This document shows positions 49,101-62,144 of a DNA stretch of 64,000 bases, piece after piece. The translations under genes were made by a program, and so were the position numbers. Source of the stretch: Podarcis vaucheri. Lineage: Eukaryota. The stretch's first letter is position 1, and the number at the start of each line of letters is the position of its first letter. The notes beneath the pieces are model-generated. The model ran no database searches. It was not told where the DNA came from and saw only the letters and a program-made list of their open reading frames with translations. The stretch is taken from NCBI GenBank assembly GCA_965113315.1, contig OZ220372.1, one strand, 5' to 3'.

Positions 49101-51603
49101 TCCTACGGCTACTGTGCTGCTGGGAGCTCAGCCATGATTTTTCTTAGTGAGATATCTGAAGCTGGGCTTGTGGTTTGTCACCCTCCAAATAGACTGTGGG
49201 TGGTAAGTCAAGAATAAACATTCTTTACTGCTCATGGTTTGTTTGGATGAATCATGAGCCTGGGTTTGGCTGCAGCACTACACTAAACCATGGCTTAGCT
49301 TCTGGTAGTGCTGTAGCAGCAGGCATGGGGCGAGGGACAAAGTGGTTGCAATATTCTCCCCATGCACCAGCACACTGCACATTCACATTTAAACCATAGT
49401 TAAGATGACTGGTGGTTTAATCAGTTAAATATCTTCTTCATTTGTGGGTTTTCCTAATATGGAAAGAGAGTTGTGGAAAAAAAATATTAAAAATTAGAAA
49501 GTGTGCCACACAACTCATAGTAAAGGGTGCAGATACGTAATCCACTAAGCAATTTAAACTTTCAGGTTGTGGGCAATTTTTTGTGCGCCTGGTAACCTGC
49601 CAGTTGACAGTGTAAGGAAATGACAGAATGTCTGAAATGAAATAGCCATGTTTCAAGCCAGAAATCTATAGTATGGGCTAAAGGCCATAAACTATCCCCC
49701 TTTCCCAATTTTTGTAGTATTTTCCCCAGATGATAAAAAAATAAAAAACTGGCTTTTCTGTTTATCTTACTGACCTCTCTTACTAGCTAGGTATGTCTGA
49801 CATGTTTTGCCAGGGTAAACTGATCCAAATTACTGTAATTCTGATATGAGCAGAAAGCTAATTTTGCTCATCTCTTTGCTATCTCATTATAAAGAAAAAA
49901 TCACAGACCTGGTACTCTAGTATGTAAATTGAAAATACATCTAGTTGTCTCTTACCATTTTAATATGCTTTTTCTACCTTCTATATCCTTGACCTCTTTT
50001 TAGCTGCAGTTGATGCTTTATCCAGTACTTGAAAGTCTTGGAATCAAGCTATTTAATTGTATTGCAGCTTGTATATTCAGCTATTGAATTTGTTTTAGTT
50101 TTTAGGGCATCCATATGATTGATTTGGAATCCTAAAACACAGTGTGGCCTGTCTTATAAAGAAAATTAACACAAATCCTTCTACTTCGGTATTGGATTGG
50201 AAATATATTGGTGTGTTGTGTGCACTATATTTTCCTAGGCTGGGAACACATCAGTTCTATACAACAGATGAAAGTTTAACCAGTATAGATACAGCTGCTC
50301 TAAAGAAGCCCGTTTAAAATTGCCACCAAATGTGTGCTTTGTAGCAAAATACCTTATTTTCATGGCAATCTTCAGACAAACTGGGAAGAAATGTCCCGGT
50401 TTCCTGAAGCTGGAGAGCGGGGGCAGGAGAAGTGTGTGTGAGAGTTCTCTCTGTATATTTATACAAAACCATGCTGAGAAATGGGTGTGGACAAGAGCTA
50501 GGAGGTGGTCACACTGATTCTTTTGCATGTTCATCTGATCCAGAAAAGGATGTCATGAGGTTGTTGATTTAGATTTATTTACTTGGAAACATATTTCATT
50601 GTTTTTTAAGATTCCATACTCAAAAGTGTCTAAATTTAGCTCTGTTACTGTTTAGAAGAATAACTTTCAAGGAGACTGAGAAGCCTTGTATACTGCTCTT
50701 TGGGCTCCCCCCCCCTTTCCCCTGAAGGGAGGAGCTGGGGTTGCCATGGGGATTAGAACTTTGTGCAATAGCAGCATAGTTTAGAATTCCAGGAAGGAAG
50801 AGGGAGTGATGTCATCAGATCCCTGTTCACTACTGGTTTGTTTGCCTGAAATAAAGCAAGTTCAGTTAATCATGGAGGAAATTGCATATATTTCTGAAAA
50901 GTAACAATTGTATCCTGAAGCAATATTGTATGAATATTGTGAACAGAGAATATAAGCTCGCTTCCTTCTTTTTGAGACAGAGGCTGGGAACTGCGGCATG
51001 GAGGCTTTTCAGCTTCCTCTTTCTACTGCAGCCCTGTATCCCGTGATATAATCCCTTGGAGTTATGGGGCCTTAGGAAGCAGCACCCAGTGAAGTGCAAG
51101 GGGCAGCCAGCCCAGCAAAAAAGCAGCTGCAGTCTTCTCCCTATCCTTGCCATTTTTAAAGAAATGTCTTTTGGAATAACATTTTATCATGCAATTGCAC
51201 TCTCTCTTCAGAGGCCTCTCCCAGAAGTATCTGAGAGGAAGCAAAGCTTTTTCCACCACAATTAATGGTGTTGGATACATGAGTCTCAAAAGAGCTGAAT
51301 AAAATGGGCATGACAAGGTTTGGGACTCTTCCAATGGAACTTTAGCACTTATTGTCTCTTTTACAAATAAAAATGTACATTCCAAAACCCCAAAAACCCA
51401 CCCTGCTGAGCAAGTGAGATGGTAGCTGGAATGTAATTTACAAAGCACTTACTGTACTTAGTGGAGCTCTAATTTGACCGGGTAGTTTAAGTTTACCCTA
51501 TAGAGATGGCATTCATTGCGACTTGGTGGGCATCAATGCCTTTGGAGCAGCCCTGTTTACAGTTTATAGATTCTAGAGGTAATGTTTGTTCAATGCTGAT
51601 GAA

Positions 51604-51703
51604 CAGGCATAGGCCCATCATCCCTAGCTAGCAGGACCAGTGCTCAGGGATGATGGGAATTGTAGTCTCAAAATATCTGGAGGGCCGAGTTTGCCTATGC
51701 CTG
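51604..51703. mobile_element. Same hAT MITE family, internally deleted copy, 100 bp
   Basis: CAGGCATAGGC...GCCTATGCCTG; perfect TSD CTGATGAA. Confidence 0.9.
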
Positions 51704-52099
51704 CTGATGAATGTCAGTGGTTCGGTGAGGTACCAAAATTAAATATCAGGCAAGGGATAAATTGTTGTGTGGTAATACCATTCAGGACACTATTTATCCT
51801 TCTCACCAAAATCCCACCCAGTAGAAACCTATGCTTTAAAGAATTTCAGGAAATTCTTGATATTTGCTAAACTACTCTGTGAAAAGGGTTTCACTATTGT
51901 AGAGTAATGACAGAGCGTGTTTGACTATTTACTTCTGTGTGTACATGGCTCACAAATAATATAAAACTGCTAATGAATTGTGTCAACTGGGCCTCTAGGG
52001 ATTGGGTGGACAATAAAATGAATGTAATCATTAAGATACAATCTTCTTGTTTGTTTTGTTACGAAAAGGGCATCTAAAAAAACCTGAGATGAAGTTGAT

Positions 52100-52664
52100 T
52101 TACAAAACATTAAAAACCAAACAATATCCAAACAACAATTCCCCATAATAATACTGAAACCATTCCGCCCCATAAATATAGCTGAGTAATCACTGGCAAC
52201 AGAACCAATTAACAAAATGCCCATAAAATGGATCCATCAAAAATGTTCCATCAAAAAATCTGGGAGCAGAGGAAGGTCTTACCCCATAACTGAAAACATA
52301 GCAGTGCAAACCTCACTGGGAAGAGCATTCCATAAATGGGGCCCACTGTTTCCTGTCTCGTTACTATGCTCCGAAACTTTTTTGGAAGAACTACTCAGAG
52401 GAGGGCACCAGGTGCTGATTGTAGGGTATTTATAGGTTCATGACAAGCTCTTCTGTCAGGTATTGGGGTCCTGAGGAATGTTAAGCTCATTAGTTTAAAT
52501 CTAGCACTTAGAATTGGGCCTAGAAACACATAGACAGCCAGAATGGGTACCATGTAGCCAGAATGGGTACCATGTAGTCAGATTTCCTGATTGCCATTAT
52601 CAATCTGGCTGTTGCATTCTGAATTGGCTGCACGTTCAGAACCATCTTCAAAGGCAGCAATCTA
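52100..52664 (-). mobile_element. L2 LINE 3' fragment (target of a younger insertion)
   Basis: The minus strand encodes LPLKMVLNVQPIQNATARLI...DY-like L2 ORF2 end; gggaagagcattccata. Confidence 0.7.
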
Positions 52665-53823
52665 TTATTATTTTTTAAAAAAATAATTTTTATTAACAGG
52701 CCAATCACATCACATTATCCATTAGTTCCAAATTATACAGCCGAATTTTAAATTTTGTTGGGGGTACCCATACATCAAGCTCGAACGAGTCCAAAGCTCC
52801 GAACGAATCCAAACATCACTTATATTGCTGCTTTAATTAAACAGTTCTATCCAGTTCAATCCACATAGTCCTTTATTACTTTCTTCATCTTCTTGTTGTT
52901 ATCGTATATTCCTTTCTTTACGATCTCTGATAATTTTCACAAGCAGATTGAAAACAGGCATCCTCTGTGTGGGTTTTGTACTCTCCAAAGATCATATCGC
53001 TCCGGGACAGCCGCTGTTCAACGCTTCCATAAAAAAATTAATCTTCGGTCTGTCCTTTACTTTTCTCAGACTTACCAAGTATATCAGGAGGCTCTGTCAG
53101 GTCAAGATTGCATTCCAACATTCCTTCTCATTCCAATGGTCCTGATTCTCCTCCCCCTGTCCTCCTTTCTCCGGCAAGCCTGTCTTGGCGAGATGCCATT
53201 TTTTAACTGCGTCATAAAATTTTCTTCCGTTCTCACCGTTCACCAATCCTCTCTCCAGCTATAATCCATCACACACAGTTCTTGAATTCCTGCTTGTGAT
53301 TAGTAAAACGCAACGCTCTTGTTTCTATCTGGGGTGGAGGGTTATTAATATCACATCGTGCAAAGAAAAAAGGTTTTTTTCCTCCACCCCCCCTTCATTC
53401 CAAACATACAGTCTCTTAATGGTGATTCATCAGAAGATTTACTTATCCGTCCGTCACTCCCGGTCACAGAGATCCATTAATCAGCAGTCTTATCTCTCGA
53501 GCGTTACTTGATGTATGTGCTTCAGCTTCATTCCAATCGTATGTTTCCAATTATAATTCTGAGCTGAAGCTAACCAGCACGCGCTGATTGGAATCGGCAT
53601 CAGGAAGATCTGACTTCATCGAGGGCTCGTGCCAAGTGACCGGCACCCCCATCTCTCGCTCAGGGGGTGCATTGTGGACACCGCTGGCAAGGCAGCCCCC
53701 CCATCTCCTGGGGGGGGGGTAGGAAGACTGCATACTTCCCATAGCAGCCTCTTAATTACCTCGTATGGGTCAGAGAGATGTTATTGTCAGCCATCTTCCA
53801 ATGCACCACCTGGTGGCCCCCTC
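52665..53823 (-). mobile_element. Non-autonomous L1-type retroposed element (~1.16 kb)
   Basis: 14-bp TSD AAGGCAGCAATCTA (52651-52664, 53824-53837); minus-strand 5' end gggggccaccaggtggtgcattggAAGATGGC; AATAAA and A-rich tail at the 3' end. Confidence 0.75.
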
Positions 53824-55414
53824 AAGGCAGCAATCTAACCAGGAGGTCATCAGACTCCTAAAATTAGGTTATCCCTGACCCCATAGAGCAGGGGTAGAAA
53901 ACCTCTGACCCAAAGGCTACTGTAATTTAGTTGGACTCTTGGTAACTACAGCCAAAATGGTGATTGCAGCTTAATGGCATGCTTACATCTCCAGCTGAAC
54001 AGGTATATAATGAAGGACAGTATGTTGCTACAATATAAAAAGTAACAGAAATGGATTGATTAAGAAAAGGAAAATAAAGCAAAGACAAGTGGAGTAGACT
54101 CTGGTCGCCTTTTAATTATATGAAACAGAACTCGATGTAGAACAGTGTGAAGCTTTTCACTAAGCATAGTGAATTTATGAGCATAGGTTTATGCTGTATC
54201 TTTCATGACATTTTATATAATTTAATATTGTTGTATATTAAAAGTAAGATTTTAGCGAATGTTGAAAAACCGTGTGGGAATGATTAGTGCAGTCAATGTA
54301 AAATCTTGCATGTAGCAAACTTTAAATCTCTGTGCCCTTGTTTCTCTCCCTTTTATATAGGAGAGATCAAATAAATAGAAATGCCCTTTAGCAGTAAAGA
54401 AAACAACTAAATATCCCATGGCAGTCTGATTTCATTCTAACTGAATTCCTCTGTAAATGGCTGCTTGTATGCTTGTAACAGCGGTTGAAATACAATTCAG
54501 CTTTGGCAGAAGTGAGCCAGGAGGGAATTGAAGTTAACTGTGGCATTGTCTTGCTAGGCTGTGTGACTGTTGTTGGAAGGCAACCTGTTTCTGCTGTTCG
54601 CTGTGTGTGGTGTGTTTCTTTGCCCCTGAAGAGCAAGGAGAATTACATGTTCAAATGGTTAATGTTGCCATTTCCTCTGCTTTCCCTCTGTGAAAGTTTC
54701 CTTGAGTGTGTGCAGTGGAGTGGGTTTTGCTTTGGGCTGCCCTTCTGCTTCCTTTTTCCTTTTGGGATCCCCTACTGACTGACAGGGATTTTCTCTGTAC
54801 TAGGTATAAAAGGATTGTTCTGCTGCCCTCCTAGGAGTTTAACTCTTTCTAACAGTTTCTCACCCTGTTTCCTTTCGTTTCCCACAATAGCAATTCCTGT
54901 AGAGAATAATTATTCAACAAGAGACACCAGCAAGTTGCTGACCTGTAAAATTGGCAGCACCAGAGACTTCCTGGGGAAACACCACTGCTGCCAGGAACTT
55001 CCCCCTTTCCCCATAGAGTGTGAGATTCAATTAGTGTTACAGCAGAAGTAGGCAAGGAGATTGGAAATCATGTAGAACCCATTTTTAATGGGGGGGACGA
55101 CCCATTTTCTCTTAGACTTATCATATTTTAAGTGATAGCCTTTAAATGCCCACTTTTCTCCTTCTTGCCTAAGTAAGGTGAAGGTTTTTGCTGTCTCCCA
55201 ACTGTCTAAAATGCAGTATGAATTTTTGTTCTTGAAACTGCCAGACATCACTTGACATTGTCATGAAGACATGTGCATATGCTGCTATAGAGGCAAAGTG
55301 TTATTTATCTGTTCCCTTTCTATATTATTATAGGCTTTTTCTTCTTTTTTTCTTAATAAATAGCCTCTCTTTTCCTACGTTTTATCAAAATGGATAATAT
55401 CTGCTTTTTTGCAG

Positions 55415-55465
55415 AATGAGCCTCTGACTGCCAGTTATCATGGGTATCCAGGAAGAGACAGTCAG
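55415..55465 (+). CDS. RBFOX2: RBFOX2 exon 2 (51 nt), NEPLTASYHGYPGRDSQ
   Basis: ttttttgcag| acceptor, CAG|gtaaga donor, phase 0-0; matches human NEPLTPGYHGFPARDSQ. Not in the ORF track. Confidence 0.92.
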
Positions 55466-56400
55466 GTAAGAGTTACTTTTGTTCCCCTTCAACACTGTTG
55501 CTTGCTATCCCTATATAAAGAGTATTTTGTCAGGGTTTGCGATTTTAATATTCCAAGGGGTGGACAGTAGCTCCATAGGAGGAAAAAGGGAATGGCTAGC
55601 TTTTCCTTCACATGGATCAGGTCTCTGAACCCATGTCCTTTCTGGGCTTCTGAAAGTACACCATAGCAGAATGTACTTCTTTGCTGACTAGAGAACAGGA
55701 GAGAAGACAGCTACCAATGCTATTGCTGGGATAATGATGACATGAGAAACTGTGACCATGAATGTGGAAGTAAGTAACTGTGCTATGGCAAGGGGGATGT
55801 ATTTCCGCTTGGTTGTGAGATGGGGTAGCCTTGCAAGAAGGTGAAGTGGAACAAGAGGCTCCAGTAGCTGCCCAAGAATGAGTGAGAATGGAGTAAGTGG
55901 CTGCTCAACAAGGAGTCTTTCTGGAGCTCCTAGGGCAGCTGTAGAGGATCCTAGTGTAGAGATGGGATGCTGGTGATAAATGAAGCTCCTTCCCTCTAGC
56001 TGAGGCTCTGGTGTTTCTTCCTTGATTAACATGATGGATCATTTTCTTTGGCCAAAAGGTAACCCATCATGTTTATGGAATATCATCATTTGGCCTATGG
56101 CTGATTGAACATCAGGACAAGTTACTGTGTATTCTAGTCCAGCAACAGCAAGAATTTCAGGTGAACCTGTCCATGAAATATGCTGGTGCCCAACCTGGAT
56201 TGCATCAAACAATTATGCATTGATTTTCAGTTGTGAATTGACTTGTGAGATTTGATGCCACATTGAATTCACAGGAGGCTTTCAGTTCCTCACATTCCCA
56301 GAGCGTAGCATTCAACAAATTCCCCTGACACCTCAAGAATGTGGAAAGACTGCCTTTGATTAACCCAAGAGACTCTCTGATGCTGTTCAGGTGCAGCAGC

Positions 56401-56447
56401 AACTTTCCAGTGATTGATTGGTAACTTTCCAGTGATTGATTGGTAAC
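56401..56447. repeat. 22-bp tandem duplication (aactttccagtgattgattggt x2)
   Basis: Seen directly. Confidence 0.9.
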
Positions 56448-57550
56448 CTATATAACTTAGCTTATATAGATTTTGATACTGCCTGTTGTATCAGAGAAGA
56501 CCTCTTGAAACATGACAAATGGCTTAGAGGCCATCCCAGGCATGGGACTTCAGATTAACCTCTAGAAAAAGGACACTGAGTTCATAGAGCTGAAATATTT
56601 GGACCCTGCAGCAGAAGGAGGCACTCTTGATAGCGCTTCTATGCGCTTCTATGAACAAAGAATGTCCTATAGGGCCACCTGGAAGAATACCATATTGAGG
56701 ATCGTAAGCAAGCAATTCCTATGAAAATGATAGGAAAGAATGCTGCTGTCATTGTGATTTGCTCCCATTGCCAAGGCAACAGCTTAAGACAACCAGCACA
56801 TAAAGACAGGAAATGGTGATGCCCATCACTATGATGATGGGAATGCTTTCTTGCATGTCTGCAGGATGGGGCTAGGCAAGGGAAGCAAGAGCTTGGAAGC
56901 ACTAGGTGGCTAGCCACTGAGACTCCCTGGAGCTTTAAAGTTATTGCATTATTGTTCTGAGTCATCTGGAAGATGACAGTGGTGACACAAAAGTAAAATC
57001 CCATTTGTTAAGCCGTTCATGCCCGCTTTTCACTGATGGCTGCTATAACACTAGCTTTTCTATGTAAAATGCATTTTTAAATTTATGGTAAATAAGAGAA
57101 CTTGGAGCTTTCTGCCAGTACTTACTCCTAAAAATTTTAGATGCTTTTCACATAACCCTCAGGCTTATATTAGAGACTAAATGTGACACATGGCTGTAGG
57201 AAAGGGTAAAAAATAAAAAAGAATGGTGAAAGATGGGGGACAGGATTTAAAAAAATGGTGAAGGAAGTGTCAGTGTTGTTGAGAGTAAAGCCACAGCACT
57301 TGAAATAGACTACCTGAACCAGTGAGGGTTGATAGAAAGGCAGCCTGTTCTTCTTTAAAAAAAGCCATCTACCCAGCTGAATAACTACATCATTTTACTC
57401 CTTGCTGATTCCTCCTTAACTACCTGTTGATAAATAGATTGTTTACTCAGGGTTTACTTCCTTCCTGCTTCTTCTCCAAGTTTAGTCAGTATGAGATAAA
57501 ATGTGTTTGTGTTAACTTCCTGGCTCCACATTAGCTCTATGTAAAACCTA

Positions 57551-57786
57551 TACTTTGGGTTACATATGCTTCAGGTTACATACGCTTCAGGCTACAGACT
57601 CCACTAACCCAGAAATAGTACCTCGGGTTAAGAACTTTGCTTCAGGATGAGAACATAAATTGTGCTCCGGCGGCGCGGCAGCAGCGGGAGGCTCCATTAG
57701 CTAAAGTGGTGCTTCAGGTTAAGAACGGTTTCAGGTTAAGAACAGACCTCCAGAACGAATTAAGTTCTTAACCCGAGGTACCACTG
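57551..57786 (+). mobile_element. Tigger-like MITE (family of 30676-30949), left end damaged
   Basis: Same interior; ends taacccgaggtaccactgTA. Confidence 0.85.
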
Positions 57787-58051
57787 TATTAAAATGGCTT
57801 GGTTTGCCTTGAATAATAAACCTTAAAAATTTATTAATCCTTTCAACCAGCAGGCTTACCAGATGGTTTCTTTTTACAAAAATGCTGCTGTATCTTTACC
57901 AAACTCCAACAAATGTGACATTAAAATACTAACTAAATCATATAGTTTGTAGGTGAGGGACAAAGCACAACTACTTAGTGACTGGTATTATTACTCTAAT
58001 GGCAGGAGTGTATTCATAGTCAAGTGAGTAGTAATGAACAGAAAGAATGGT

Positions 58052-58533
58052 CAAAGTACGGAGAGCTTGTCTAATGCTGATTAACGTGTATATACCACCC
58101 TGTCAAAAAAAAAAATCCACGATAAATGTATTTGGACAGAATTAGAGAGCTGTTTAGAATTCCTCGAATCCTCTTATCCTGCAGCACTGCTTATCATTGG
58201 AGGAGACTTCAACGCACGTTTGGGTGTTAACAATGTTAACTTATACATCCGTTATAATCTTTTATTGTCCATTCCGGGTCGCCCGACCACTGGCACAGTG
58301 TCCTTTCTCTTGGCAGATCAAGATGAGCAGGTGACAGCACAGGTTGCAAGGTTTTTAGCTGGGGCAATTAGAATAAGATCCACTATTTGACTATTGATTC
58401 AAAACCCTAAAATGTATTTTATATAATTGACTTTTTATTTCTATTCTTTGTATATTGTATTGTTGTTTTATTGCTATGGCTGATGACTGACACAAATAAA
58501 TATTCATTCATTCATTCATTCATTCATTCATTC
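58052..58533 (+). mobile_element. Internally deleted non-LTR retrotransposon (APE endonuclease plus ORF C-terminus; RTE-X-like)
   Basis: INVYIPP and IIGGDFNARLG endonuclease motifs; (ATTC)n tail; 10-bp TSD AAAGAATGGT (58042-58051, 58534-58543). Confidence 0.8.
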
Positions 58534-59425
58534 AAAGAATGGTTGTAGCTTGGAGAATAACATTTCCATGATCAAAGGTTCTCTCAGATACAGCCAGTTA
58601 TTGGAAAATAGTGTGTCCACAACCAGTGCACCTTATTTTCACTCTGATTAATGTTGCTGTTGTATATTGGGTAGAGCTGTATCTCCCCATGTTATAACAG
58701 GCAAATTCTGGGAGTCATACTGACAAATTGTGACTTGAAAAGGTATGGTTAAAAAACCCCAACAACTAACTGTTTTATTGTATAGAAGACCTTTAAACAG
58801 TATATCAACTTTTGAAGTCTGCTCTGGAATCTTACTACCATAAGCAAATGTCTGGTTTCCCAGTATCATGGGGATTCTGAGTCTGTTCCATGTATATGAT
58901 CCAAGAAGCAGAACTGAAGACTTGTAGTTAAAACTGTAGTTTGATGAATAATGTGTGTGAAGAGTGACTCCAAGTAAGAAAGTTGAAAACTATTATAGTT
59001 ACATGCCAGGTGTTCACTTACGACAGCCTAAGAAGTATTTAGAAATGTACTGAATAATCTTATGCTAAGATATAACTGCATGTAGTAAATGCTATGTAAG
59101 AGAACAATAGGAACTCTTGAGTAGCAGATGAATATAAGAGCTCAAGAATTGTCTGTCTGTCTGAATGAAACCAAAAGTCCATCTGTTCCCAGTATCCTGT
59201 TTTCAGCTGTTCCCAGACACAGGGATAGGAAAAAGAGATTCTATTCTGTCATTTCTCTCATCATATGGAAAACAGGGCTCTCATGCCTCTGAACATGGAG
59301 GCTCTGGGGTTTTTTTTAGCTCTTTCTCATTAATACTTTATGTAATGTTTTATTTTGGAATGTTGTATTTGATGTTTCAAAACCACTTTTGAGATTTTTT
59401 CCTGAAGAACATAAAGTGGTATAGA

Positions 59426-59479
<54 letters not shown>
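59426..59479. repeat. (AAT)n microsatellite
   Basis: About 18 units. Confidence 0.95.
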
Positions 59480-59480
<1 letters not shown>

Positions 59481-62063
59481 GTGGCTTCCTGATTATGAAA
59501 TTCTCTCACTAGAGAGACTTGCCTAATACCCTACATTGAGAGCAAGGACTTTTCTGTTTTGTTCTAGTCTCCCAGGTCCTTTAATATTAATTTAATATCC
59601 TATTGTTACTCTTTATTAATCACCCCATTACCTGGCTATCTGGACAATGTACAATGGAAGCTGAAAGCATGATAGCTGGAATTACAATGATAAAAGGTAA
59701 CAACGTATGTAATATTATAAAAAATGCCACAACAGAATCCAGCACAGGACATGGTTTAAAAAGCTAGTACTGTAACTACATTCAAATTCACCTTGTCATA
59801 TGCAGAGTTAAAAACTTCTCTTAAGAGCTAAAAACATAAGAGCTGAGAGCGACACCACACAATAAGAACAGAGACATTTTATCTGTATCAGCCTTACATA
59901 CTGCAGAAGTAACTTCACTTTTAAATGTCACTTTTCAAGTTGATCCACTTTATACAGAAATATTTTTCATGTCTTTTACGGGTCCGATGTTTGACTGGCC
60001 TTGAGGTGCATTTAGTCTCGCTTGACTCTTATGTGGATTCATTTCAGTCTTGGCTTTCATTAACAAGGTTTCAAAGCTTTTAACTAATCTCATTGGGAGC
60101 TTCTAATATGATAGCAAGTTCTCAGTAGCCACAGGAGAGATCTGATGGGATATAGATAGCCATATGTAATCTATCACTAGGTCTTGTGCCATGTGGGTGG
60201 AGTGCAGCAGACCGAGCTATCTTAAATTAGCTCTGTATTAGATGAAAATGTGAATTAAGGTAGTTATGTTTTTTCAGAGCTCCCTGTCTTTCTTTTGCAG
60301 CAGGAAGCTTATCAGGAATAGCATATATCATACCAGATTTACTTGCTTTTTCAAGTGCAAGTATAGGTTTGGGAAACATACGTGCCCATATTTCCCCCCA
60401 AGGTAAATTAATTTTGAGCAAAACTTATATGCATTGTTGGTCAGGTTTGTGCGGCCATTTTATTTATTTTTTTAAAGGCCTTCAACTGTGTTACCACCAG
60501 GGACCCCAGAACTTGGCGCTTTCATTTTTTAAAAAGCAATTATCTAGCCGTCCTAGAAAGTTATGAAGCAAAATGTGCAGGCACCCTTCAAAGTTAATAT
60601 CTGGGAAAGGAGCCAGTGCCTCTGCTCCTACCTGTCAGAGTTTTCAGCCACTGAATGAGTCAGAGATGCAGTTGATAAAAGAGTTGTTTGGACACCAGGC
60701 AATAGGAATCCGTGGGGTCATAAAGAGCTGTTGTTTCTCTCGCTTTTCTGCTTTTCTCTTATTTTCTAGTCTTTCAACACACGCATTTGCTTCTCTTACT
60801 TGTTGTTTTGCTGCCTGCCAGCCACATGGAGCAGTTGTCAGGCAGCAACTTGAGAGGTCCTTTTTAAAAAAACAACAACCCCACATGTGTCAATTGAAGT
60901 GAGGGAAGAAGCACAGGAATCACATATCACTTGTTTTGCTGCCTGCTGGCTATTTGGGAAAGTTGACAGGCAGCTGCTTGAAATTTTTTTTGAAATGGGG
61001 GTGGTGAGGGAAGAAACATGGGGATCTTCCTATCGCCGCTGTGTTTGTTTTGTTGCCTGCTGACAAGGGCCTCAGTTGAATATTGGTGGGGGGGGTTGCA
61101 TGGGCGGGGGAAGTTATGGCAATCCTTTCATTTCTGCTCTGTGCCTTACAGCAGGGATTGTTTCAAAGCTGTTTTGGGGGGAACCAAACCAGTGCAGAGG
61201 CACCATCATTATTAATACAACCTTTCCCCTGATCTGAAGTTGTTTCGGGGAGGGGCGTTTGAGAGGAACGTTGTGTTAACATTGGCCAACAGCAGGGATT
61301 GTTTCCAAGGATGCTTGGGGAGGGAAGAGCAACAGCAGAAACCTTATTATCCTGTCCTCAAACTCATCTAATTTAGAGAAGCCTGTAGATTACATTGACC
61401 CTCCAACATCACACTAGTCTGGGGCAGTATTGTTCAACTATTGCTCTGATAAGTTTTTAATGTATTTTCTGTGTATTTTTCCTTATATTTCTGATCCTTT
61501 CCATTCCACAAAGATAGTGAATAAAATAAGATAGAACTACTAACCAGCCAGTCATGTCTTTGCATGGCTGCTGTTGTAATTCAAAATTATCCCTGGGTTT
61601 GATTATCTTTTGTTTTCCAGCTGTAATCTATGGCAGCACATCAGCAACAGATAACATAACAACCAATACTTAACAGTGTCCCCCCTCCTCCATAAAAGAA
61701 AAGGATCAACCCCCCTCCCCCCATATTTTTGAACTGTTTTATGTTCCCATCTCATTCATTTTACTGCCTTTTTGGAGGTAGCCATTTTATGTTAAATCAC
61801 ATCCATGGCAACAGCCATTTTGTGACTGGCTTCTTTCACACCTCAAAATTCCAAGCATGCTCCCAGACGCCCCAAAATTGGCAAAAGTGGGTTTTTTAAA
61901 AAAATCAATTATGATTAAAATCAAGGGTAGCTAAAAAATAGGTAAGGCACATAGAACATTCTGGATGTCTTACAAAAGCTCTAGAAAATCAAATGGAAGG
62001 TGTCAGCCTGATGTCAACAGTCAGGGAGTTCCAAATTTAATTTAAATTAATGTAATATACAGT

Positions 62064-62093
62064 ATCTATATCTATCTATGTATCATCTATCTA

Positions 62094-62137
<44 letters not shown>

Positions 62138-62144
62138 ATCTATC
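62064..62144. repeat. (TATC)n microsatellite
   Basis: Seen directly. Confidence 0.95.

Noticed and set aside
55690-56900. Possible decayed coding or retroelement sequence (minus ORFs of 114 and 121 aa)
   Set aside because: No recognisable domain motif, termini or TSD.
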